From Pseudomonas aeruginosa (GTDB lineage: Bacteria; Pseudomonadota; Gammaproteobacteria; Pseudomonadales; Pseudomonadaceae), in assembly GCF_001457615.1 (NCBI RefSeq), contig NZ_LN831024.1, forward strand, positions 5,310,001-5,342,000: a stretch of 32,000 nt of DNA. Reading direction: 5' to 3'. Shown here one piece after another: positions 25,285-32,000 of this stretch. The position numbers and the translations under genes are program-made. The first letter of the stretch is position 1; every line of letters starts with the position of its first letter. Under the pieces are notes generated by a model. The model was given only the letters and a program-made list of their open reading frames with translations, did not search any database and had not been told where the DNA came from.

Positions 25285-25744
25285 TTCCCAGCGCATTCAA
25301 CTGATCGGCCAGTTCCCTGGCCTCGTAGACCGAAGCCAACCCGTCGAGATAGACCTTGCCGTTGCGGATCGGCTCGCGCACCCGCGGCGCCAGGCGCAGG
25401 CGCCCGTCCACCAGTACCGCGAGAGTGCGCCCCCGGGCCTCGCCGGTCAGCGCGGCCAGGCGGCGGGCGGCCGGTTCGGTGAAGGTGACTTCGACGCCGG
25501 GTCGACCGTTCTGGTCGTACAGGACCTCGGCGCGGAGTACGTCAGCCTGGGTCAGGCTGGGCTTCAGCGCCACCAGCATGGCCTTGCCCTGCGGGTCGGC
25601 CAGGGTGCGGAACGCCGCGGAAGGCGTACTGGCGGTGGCATAGACCCCGAAGCTGTGCTGCGGGATCGGCAGCGGATCGCTGGCGCAGGCGGCCAGCAGC
25701 AGCGCCAGGCCCAGCGGAAGGAGTGCGAGTTTCGAGCGTTTCAT
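25268..25744 (-). CDS. Lipoprotein of unknown function
   Basis: Internal Met of ORF 25268..25792. Lipobox MKRSKLALLPLGLALLLAAC. Confidence 0.7.
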   Translation of the reverse strand: MKRSKLALLPLGLALLLAACASDPLPIPQHSFGVYATASTPSAAFRTLADPQGKAMLVALKPSLTQADVLRAEVLYDQNGRPGVEVTFTEPAARRLAALTGEARGRTLAVLVDGRLRLAPRVREPIRNGKVYLDGLASVYEARELADQLNALGSQPGR

Positions 25745-25870
25745 GATGAGGTACTGCAGAAAACCTGGGCGGAGCGTCCGTCCGGACGCCAACGCCTATG
25801 TTAACGCCGACCGCGCCGGGCGGGCGAGCAGGCCCTTCCGCGAGGCGACGATCGACTAGACTGGCGGAAA

Positions 25871-25899
25871 TTCACCCCTCTCCCGCGAACTGGTATGAT
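25871..25899 (+). promoter_or_regulatory. Candidate extended -10 sigma70 promoter for the purine permease-trmA unit
   Basis: TTCACC (25871-25876), 17-nt spacer ending in TGg, TATGAT (25894-25899). The predicted TSS at about 25905-25907 gives a leader of about 250 nt. Confidence 0.4.
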
Positions 25900-25910
25900 G
25901 CGCGCCTTTT

Positions 25911-25979
25911 CGAGCCGTATGAACCCCACGCAGGCCGCCGCGAGGCCCCTGGCGTGCGTGGGTCGTTTCATGCGGCTCG
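25911..25979 (+). other. Long imperfect hairpin at the 5' end of the predicted permease leader
   Basis: 25911-25923 pairs with 25967-25979 (13 consecutive pairs, one G-U). 25925-25931 pairs with 25956-25962 (7 pairs). Apical GGCC (25933-25936) pairs with GGCC (25944-25947). Confidence 0.5.
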
Positions 25980-26157
25980 CGCATTTTCGGGACTCAGCCG
26001 TCTGCCGGGATCGTTCGCGATACCGCGCCGACGAGACAGCGATGCAACGCCCGCCACGCGGAAATTCGGTTTTCCCTGGTCGGCGGCCGGCTCCGCGGCC
26101 GGCCACTTCTGCTGGCGCCATGGGGATCGTTGCAGAGCACATTCAGGGGAATCCAAC

Positions 26158-27453
26158 ATGCTGGAAAAGCTGTTTCAACTAAAGGCGCACAACACCACGG
26201 TGCGCACCGAGATCCTGGCGGGGATCACCACCTTCCTGACCATGGCCTACATCCTCTTCGTCAACCCGAGCATCCTCGGCGAGACCGGCATGGACAAGGG
26301 CGCGGTGTTCGTCGCCACCTGCCTGGCAGCGGCCATCGGCTCGACCATCATGGGCCTGATCGCCAACTACCCGATCGCCCTGGCCCCCGGCATGGGCCTC
26401 AACGCCTTCTTCACCTACACCGTGGTGCTGCACATGGGCCACAGCTGGCAGGTCGCGCTGGGCGCAGTGTTCATTTCCGCCACCATGTTCTTCCTGCTGT
26501 CGATCTTCCGCATCCGCGAATGGATCATCAACAGCATCCCCCTGCCGCTGCGCTCGGCGATCGCCGCCGGCATCGGCCTGTTCCTCGCACTGATCGCCCT
26601 GCAGAACGCCGGCATCGTGGTGGACAACCCGGCAACCCTGATCGGCATGGGCGACCTGACCAAGCCGGCGCCGATCCTCGCCACCCTCGGCTTCATCCTG
26701 ATCGTCGCCCTGGAGGCGCGTAGCGTCACCGGCGCGGTGCTGATCGGTATCCTGGTGGTCACCGCCATCGCCATCCTGCTCGGCGTGACCCAGTTCGGCG
26801 GCGTGGTCTCGATGCCGCCGTCGCTGGCGCCGACCTTCCTCCAACTGGACATCAAGGGCGCGCTGGACATCGGTCTGGTCAGCGTGATCTTCGCCTTCCT
26901 CTTCGTCGACCTGTTCGACAACTCCGGCACCCTGATCGGCGTCGCCAAGCGCGCCGGACTGATGGGCAAGGACGGCCACATGCCGAAGATGGGCCGCGCG
27001 CTGATCGCCGACAGTACCGCCGCCATGGGCGGCTCGCTGCTGGGCACCTCGACCACCACCAGCTACATCGAGTCCGCCGCGGGCGTCAGCGCCGGCGGCC
27101 GCACCGGCCTGACCGCCATCGTCGTCGCCATCCTGTTCCTTCTCGCGCTGTTCTTCGCCCCGCTGGCCGGCAGCGTACCGGCCTTCGCCACCGCCCCGGC
27201 GCTGCTCTTCGTCGCCGTACTGATGGCCTCGGGCCTGGCAGAGATCGACTGGGAAGACATCACCGTCGCCGCGCCGGTGGTCGTCACCGCGCTGGCCATG
27301 CCGTTCACCTATTCGATCGCTACCGGCATCGCCTTCGGCTTCATTTCCTGGACCGCGATCAAGGTGCTGTCCGGGCGCTGGCGCGAACTGAACCCGGCGC
27401 TGGTGATCCTCTCCGTGCTGTTCGTGATCAAGCTGGGCTTCTTCAACGCATGA
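26158..27453 (+). CDS. NCS2/AzgA-type purine (adenine/guanine/hypoxanthine) permease
   Basis: Internal Met of ORF 25798..27453, with SD AGGGGAA 7 nt upstream. [41 protein letters not shown] is the canonical N-terminus of this family. 431 aa, polytopic. Confidence 0.9.
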   Translation: MLEKLFQLKAHNTTVRTEILAGITTFLTMAYILFVNPSILGETGMDKGAVFVATCLAAAIGSTIMGLIANYPIALAPGMGLNAFFTYTVVLHMGHSWQVALGAVFISATMFFLLSIFRIREWIINSIPLPLRSAIAAGIGLFLALIALQNAGIVVDNPATLIGMGDLTKPAPILATLGFILIVALEARSVTGAVLIGILVVTAIAILLGVTQFGGVVSMPPSLAPTFLQLDIKGALDIGLVSVIFAFLFVDLFDNSGTLIGVAKRAGLMGKDGHMPKMGRALIADSTAAMGGSLLGTSTTTSYIESAAGVSAGGRTGLTAIVVAILFLLALFFAPLAGSVPAFATAPALLFVAVLMASGLAEIDWEDITVAAPVVVTALAMPFTYSIATGIAFGFISWTAIKVLSGRWRELNPALVILSVLFVIKLGFFNA

Positions 27454-28541
27454 GCCGTCCACAGTTCGACCCCAGCGCCTACGCCGCGCAACTGGAAGAC
27501 AAGAAGTCCCGCCTCGCCGGATTGCTGGCCCCGTTCGCGGCACCCGCGCCGGAGGTCTTCGAGTCGCCGCGCGAACATTACCGGCTGCGCGCCGAATTCC
27601 GCCTGTGGCGGGAAACCGGCAACGAGAAGCGTCACTACGCGATGTTCGAGCAGGGCGACAAGCACACGCCGATCCTGATCGAGGATTTCCCCATCGCCAG
27701 CCGCCGCATCAACGAACTGATGCCGCGCCTGAAGGCGGCCTGGGCCGACCCGGCGCTGGGCTTCAAGCTGTTCCAGGTGGAGTTTCTCACCACCCTGGCC
27801 GGCGACGCGCTGATCACCCTCTGCTACCACCGGCCGATCGACGACGCCTGGCGACAGGCAGCGGAAAAGCTCGCGGCGGAACTGGGCGTGAACCTGGTGG
27901 GGCGTTCGCGCGGCAAGCGCATCGTCGTCGGACGCGACTATGTGGAGGAGGAACTGTCGGTCGCCGGCCGGCGCTTCCGCTACCGCCAGCCCGAGGGGGC
28001 TTTCACCCAGCCCAACGGCGAGGTCAACCAGAAGATGCTCGGCTGGGCCTACGAGGCGCTCGGCCAGCGCGACGACGACCTGCTCGAACTGTACTGCGGC
28101 AACGGCAACTTCACCCTGCCCCTGGCCACCCGGGTACGCAAGGTGCTGGCCACCGAGATCAGCAAGTCCTCGGTCAATGCGGCGCTGGCCAACCTGGCCG
28201 ACAACGCGGTGGACAACGTCAGCCTGGTGCGCCTGTCGGCCGAAGAGCTGACCCAGGCGCTGAACGAGGTTCGCCCGTTCCGCCGCCTGGCCGACATCGA
28301 CCTGAAGAGCTACGCCTTCGGCAGTGTCTTCGTCGATCCGCCACGAGCCGGCATGGATCCGGACACCTGCGAGCTGGCCCGACGCTTCGAGCGCATCCTG
28401 TACATTTCGTGCAACCCGGAAACCCTGGCGCAGAACATCGCCCAACTGCACGACACGCACCGGATCAGCCGCTGCGCGCTGTTCGACCAGTTCCCCTACA
28501 CCCACCACATGGAAAGCGGCGTCCTGCTCGAACGCCGCTGA
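27450..28541 (+). CDS. trmA: tRNA (uracil54-C5)-methyltransferase
   Basis: 363-aa ORF. SAM-methyltransferase motif [11 protein letters not shown] and catalytic-Cys motif [11 protein letters not shown]. The ATG overlaps the permease stop (ATGA). Confidence 0.9.
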   Translation: MSRPQFDPSAYAAQLEDKKSRLAGLLAPFAAPAPEVFESPREHYRLRAEFRLWRETGNEKRHYAMFEQGDKHTPILIEDFPIASRRINELMPRLKAAWADPALGFKLFQVEFLTTLAGDALITLCYHRPIDDAWRQAAEKLAAELGVNLVGRSRGKRIVVGRDYVEEELSVAGRRFRYRQPEGAFTQPNGEVNQKMLGWAYEALGQRDDDLLELYCGNGNFTLPLATRVRKVLATEISKSSVNAALANLADNAVDNVSLVRLSAEELTQALNEVRPFRRLADIDLKSYAFGSVFVDPPRAGMDPDTCELARRFERILYISCNPETLAQNIAQLHDTHRISRCALFDQFPYTHHMESGVLLERR

Positions 28542-28545
28542 GAGT

Positions 28546-28567
28546 GGCCGCGCCCCACGGCGCGGCC
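28546..28567. terminator. GC hairpin between convergent trmA and sfsA
   Basis: GGCCGCGCC-CCAC-GGCGCGGCC. Perfect 9-bp stem, no U tract. Confidence 0.45.
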
Positions 28568-28572
28568 GTGCC

Positions 28573-29280
28573 TCAGAGTCGCACCGGGAGGCGCCGCGCC
28601 AGGTGCAATCCTTCCGTCGTCACCTCGGCGCCATAGGCCAGCACCTCGACGCCCGCTTGCGCCGCCTCGCGCAACGCCTTGCCATAGGCTGGATCGATCT
28701 CGTCGGCGGGGCGCACCGCCTCGACCCCGGAAAGGTTCACGCAGTACAGCTGCACCGCGCGGATCCCCTCCCGCGCCAGCGCCGCCAGTTCGCGCAGGTG
28801 CTTGGCGCCGCGCAGCGTCACCGCGTCGGGAAAGGCCGCCACAGCGGTTTCGTCGAAGCCCAGGGTGACGCTCTTCACCTCGATGAACAGTGCGCCCGTG
28901 GGGTATTCCAGGCGAAAGTCGGCGCGACTGTTCTCCACGCCGTAGGCCACTTCCCGGCGCAGAGCGGTGAAACCGGCAAGCTCCGCGATGTCCCCGGCCA
29001 GCAGCGCCTCCTCTACCAGGCGGTTGGCCCGCGCCGTGTTGACGCAGGCCAGGCGGCCCTGCGGAGTCTCGCTCAGCTCCCAGGTCCCCGGCAGCTTGCG
29101 CTTGGGGTCGTTGGAGCGGCTGAACCAGACCCGGCAACCTTCGCTCATGCAATTGAGCATCGAACCGGTATTCGGACAGTGGATAGTCAGGCGCTCGCCG
29201 CCGGCGCTCTCGATATCGGCGAGGAAACGCTTGTAGCGACGCAGCAGGCGGCCTTCTTCCAGTGGCTGCTCGAAACGCAT
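28573..29280 (-). CDS. sfsA: SfsA-family DNA-binding / nuclease-fold protein
   Basis: 235-aa [44 protein letters not shown]... is the typical SfsA N-terminus. The ATG overlaps the upstream stop by 1 nt. Confidence 0.9.
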   Translation of the reverse strand: MRFEQPLEEGRLLRRYKRFLADIESAGGERLTIHCPNTGSMLNCMSEGCRVWFSRSNDPKRKLPGTWELSETPQGRLACVNTARANRLVEEALLAGDIAELAGFTALRREVAYGVENSRADFRLEYPTGALFIEVKSVTLGFDETAVAAFPDAVTLRGAKHLRELAALAREGIRAVQLYCVNLSGVEAVRPADEIDPAYGKALREAAQAGVEVLAYGAEVTTEGLHLARRLPVRL

Positions 29281-30452
29281 CAGGGCCGCCAGTTCTTCAG
29301 GCCGCGGGCGATCCGCTCCACCGCTTCCTGCAGGCGCGGCAGGTTCTGGGTATAGGCGAAACGCACGTGGTGGCCGGCCTGGTGGCGGCCGAAATCCAGC
29401 CCCGGAGTGAAGGCCACGTGCTCGGTCTCGATGAAGTGCTTGCAGAAGGCGTAGGCATCGCCGCCGAACGCACTGATATCGGCGTAGAGATAGAAGGCGC
29501 CTTCCGGCTCCACGGCGATTCCGAAACCCAGCTCGCGCAGGGCCGGCAGGAGGAAGTCGCGACGGCGGGCGAACTCTTCGCGACGCTCTTCGAGAATGGC
29601 GATGGTGGTCGGCTCGAAACAGGCCAGCGCGGCCTGCTGGGCCATGCTCGGCGCGCTGATGTAGAGGTTCTGCGCCAGCTTCTCCAGCTCAGGTACCGCC
29701 GCTGCCGGCGCCACCAGCCAGCCCAGGCGCCAGCCGGTCATGCCGAAATACTTGGAAAAACTATTCAGGACGAAAGCGTCGTCGTCGACTTCCAGCACCG
29801 ACGTGGCGTCCACGCCATAGGTCAGGCCGTGATAGATCTCGTCCACCACCAGGTGCCCGCCGCGGGCCTTCAAGGCGCCCGACAGGCCGGCCAGTTCGTC
29901 GCGATCGAGCAGGGTCCCGGTCGGATTCGCCGGCGTCGCCACCAGAGCGCCTACACTGTCTGAATCCCAGTGCCGCTCGATGAGATCCGGTGTCAGTTGG
30001 TAACGGCTGTCCGGCCCCACCGGCACCAGTTGCGCGGCGCCTTCCACCAGGCGCAGGAAATGCCTGTTGCACGGGTAGCCCGGGTCGGCGAGCAACCAGT
30101 GGCGGCCGGGGTCGACCAGCAAGCTGCTGGCCAGCAGCAGGGCTCCGGAACCGCCCGGAGTGACCAGCACGCGCTGTGGGTCGAGGTCGACCCCGTAGCG
30201 TTCGCCGTAGAATTTCGCGATCGCCTCGCGCAGCGCCGGCAGGCCGCGGGCGGCGGTGTAGCGGGTATGCCCGGCGGCCAGGGCGGCGCGCCCGGCCTCG
30301 ACGATCGGCTTGGCCGTGGTGAAGTCCGGCTCGCCGATCTCCAGGTGGATCACATCGTGGCCGGCGGCCTGCAACTCGTTGGCCCGCGCCAGCAGGGCCA
30401 TGACATGGAAAGGCTCGATGGCCCGACTGCGCGCGCTATAGGAGGTAGCCAT
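29280..30452 (-). CDS. PLP-dependent class I (aspartate-type) aminotransferase
   Basis: 390-aa ORF. PLP-lysine motif [16 protein letters not shown]-terminal region [33 protein letters not shown]. Confidence 0.85.
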   Translation of the reverse strand: MATSYSARSRAIEPFHVMALLARANELQAAGHDVIHLEIGEPDFTTAKPIVEAGRAALAAGHTRYTAARGLPALREAIAKFYGERYGVDLDPQRVLVTPGGSGALLLASSLLVDPGRHWLLADPGYPCNRHFLRLVEGAAQLVPVGPDSRYQLTPDLIERHWDSDSVGALVATPANPTGTLLDRDELAGLSGALKARGGHLVVDEIYHGLTYGVDATSVLEVDDDAFVLNSFSKYFGMTGWRLGWLVAPAAAVPELEKLAQNLYISAPSMAQQAALACFEPTTIAILEERREEFARRRDFLLPALRELGFGIAVEPEGAFYLYADISAFGGDAYAFCKHFIETEHVAFTPGLDFGRHQAGHHVRFAYTQNLPRLQEAVERIARGLKNWRP

Positions 30453-30644
30453 GGATATTCCGAACTTTGCGAGGAAAAACCGATTCTAACCAAGCCATTA
30501 CGCGGGCGACACCAGCCTCGACAACCGGGAGTAGCGCCAAGGTTATCGTTCTGGTAAGTTCGCCCGCTTGCGACCGCGGGGCCGGAGAGCCGGCGAGGGA
30601 ACCCTGCCGCGGACAGGATTAGCGAAAGTGAGAGGCGGCCATTC

Positions 30645-31091
30645 ATGTCCACCAAAGCAAAACAACAGAGCAGCCAGCAGATGACCCGCGGCTTCGAACC
30701 CTATCAGGAAACCAAGGGCGAGGAGTACATGAGCGAGCGCATGCGCGCGCACTTCACCGCGATCCTGAACAAATGGAAACAGGAGCTGATGGAAGAGGTC
30801 GACCGTACCGTGCATCACATGCAGGACGAAGCGGCCAACTTCCCCGATCCGGCCGACCGCGCCAGCCAGGAAGAAGAATTCAGCCTGGAACTGCGCGCCC
30901 GCGACCGCGAGCGCAAGCTGATCAAGAAGATCGACGAGACCCTGCAACTAATCGAAGACGAAGAGTACGGCTGGTGCGACTCCTGCGGCGTCGAGATCGG
31001 CATCCGTCGCCTGGAGGCGCGCCCCACCGCGACCCTCTGCATCGACTGCAAGACCCTCGCGGAAATCCGCGAGAAGCAACTCGGCTCCTGA
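30645..31091 (+). CDS. dksA: RNA polymerase-binding transcription factor DksA
   Basis: 148-aa ORF with coiled-coil containing DxxDxA (FPDPADRASQEEE). C4 zinc finger CDSCGVEIGIRRLEARPTATLCIDC. Confidence 0.95.
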   Translation: MSTKAKQQSSQQMTRGFEPYQETKGEEYMSERMRAHFTAILNKWKQELMEEVDRTVHHMQDEAANFPDPADRASQEEEFSLELRARDRERKLIKKIDETLQLIEDEEYGWCDSCGVEIGIRRLEARPTATLCIDCKTLAEIREKQLGS

Positions 31092-31100
31092 GCCGGACCG

Positions 31101-31130
31101 ACGGGGCGCCAAGGCGCCCCGTTTCGTTTC
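31101..31130 (+). terminator. Intrinsic terminator between dksA and gluQ
   Basis: ACGGGGCGCC-AA-GGCGCCCCGU followed by UUCGUUUC, starting 10 nt after the dksA stop. Confidence 0.7.
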
Positions 31131-31158
31131 CGCCGTTCCCCGCCGCACCGCCCGCGCC

Positions 31159-32000
31159 ATGACCTCTTCCTATGTAGGCCGCTTCGCCCCGACGCCCAGC
31201 GGCTACCTGCACTTCGGTTCCCTGGTGGCGGCCGTCGCCTCCTACCTGGACGCGCGTGCCGTCGGCGGCCGCTGGCTGGTGCGCATGGAGGACCTCGACC
31301 CGCCCCGCGAAGTCCCGGGCGCCCAGCAGGCGATCCTGGAAACCCTGGAGCGCTACGGCTTCGAATGGGACGGCGCGGTGGAGCGGCAGAGCGAACGCTT
31401 CCCGGCCTACGCCGCAGTGGTCGAGCAACTGCTGCGCAGCGGCCTGGCCTACGCCTGCACTTGCTCGCGCAAGCAGCTTGAGGGATTCGCCAGGATCTAC
31501 CCGGGCTTCTGCCGCGACGCCGGGCACGCCCGCGAGGATGCGGCGATCCGCCTGCGCGTGCCGGAGCTGGAATATCGCTTCGTCGACCGCGTGCAGGGCG
31601 AAGTCCGCCAGCATCTCGGCCGCGAGGTCGGCGATTTCGTCATCCAGCGCCGCGATGGCTTCTACGCCTACCAACTGGCGGTGGTGCTGGACGACGCCTG
31701 GCAGGGCATCACCGACATCGTCCGCGGCGCCGACCTGCTCGACTCGACCCCGCGCCAGCTTTACCTCCAGGAATTGCTGGGGTTGAGCCAGCCGCGCTAC
31801 CTGCACGTGCCGCTGATCGTCCAGCCGGACGGGCACAAGCTCGGCAAGTCCTACCGCTCCCCGCCACTACCCGCCGAGCAGGCCGCCGCGCCGCTGACCC
31901 GCGCCCTGCGCGCGCTCGGCCAGCGGCCGCCGGCCGAACTGGCCCAGGCCAGCGCCAGCGAGGTGCTGGCCTGGGGCGTCGCGCACTGGGACGCCACGCG
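31159..32000 (+). CDS. gluQ: Glutamyl-Q tRNA(Asp) synthetase (GluRS paralogue); 3' end cut by window edge
   Basis: Absent from the ORF track because no stop lies in the window. Manual translation from ATG 31159 gives MTSSYVGRFAPTPSGYLHFGSLVAAVASYLDARAVGGRWLVRMEDLDPPRE...PDGHKLGKSYRS (HIGH-like and KMSKS-like motifs). It follows dksA, as in enterics. Confidence 0.9.
   Translation, partial: MTSSYVGRFAPTPSGYLHFGSLVAAVASYLDARAVGGRWLVRMEDLDPPREVPGAQQAILETLERYGFEWDGAVERQSERFPAYAAVVEQLLRSGLAYACTCSRKQLEGFARIYPGFCRDAGHAREDAAIRLRVPELEYRFVDRVQGEVRQHLGREVGDFVIQRRDGFYAYQLAVVLDDAWQGITDIVRGADLLDSTPRQLYLQELLGLSQPRYLHVPLIVQPDGHKLGKSYRSPPLPAEQAAAPLTRALRALGQRPPAELAQASASEVLAWGVAHWDAT

Noticed and set aside
25798-26157. 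120-codon N-terminal extension of the permease ORF, and small ORFs 25801..26142(-), 25895..26182(+), 25968..26159(-)
   Set aside because: All are Arg/Ala/Pro/Gly-rich with no SD. The permease family N-terminus ([11 protein letters not shown]...) begins at 26158 with a good SD. The region is better explained as a non-coding leader.
26179-27543. 454-aa minus-strand ORF opposite the purine permease (and 27309..28508 opposite trmA)
   Set aside because: It is the antisense frame of conserved genes. Its Gly/Asp/Arg/Gln/His-rich composition is incompatible with a real protein family I can recognise.

Overview
Gene-dense, visibly high-GC DNA (about two-thirds G+C by eye, not computed). From protein sequences and gene order I recognise it as Pseudomonas aeruginosa core chromosome, syntenic with PAO1 loci PA4693-PA4724. 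This is recognition from memory; no database search was possible. Gene order (< minus strand, > plus strand): pssA (partial) < ilvC < ilvH < ilvI | DUF4124-like secreted protein > | yqcC-like < lpoP < mrcB (PBP1b) | APH-like/P-loop fusion kinase > pentapeptide-repeat protein > TfoX-C-domain protein > cbpA > prrF1 > prrF2 (tandem Fur-controlled sRNAs; read-through gives PrrH) | phuW < phuV < phuU < phuT < phuS | phuR > Rieske protein > lipoprotein > | membrane protein < | DUF411 protein > | alaC-like aminotransferase < | PhzF-family protein > ypfJ-like metalloprotease > | lipoprotein < | purine permease > trmA > | sfsA < aminotransferase < | dksA > gluQ (partial). I saw no rRNA, tRNA, CRISPR array, integrase, transposase or other mobile-element signature. 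I do not see a convincing new multi-gene system; this reads as ordinary core genome. Points worth a second look: two single-base homopolymer frameshifts in conserved genes (ilvC and the ypfJ-like gene); a long, strongly structured 5' leader ahead of the purine permease; an apparently leaderless mrcB; a cytoplasmic YqcC-family gene translationally coupled to lpoP; an AT-rich island controlling ilvIHC; and the prrF1-prrF2/phu iron-haem cluster.
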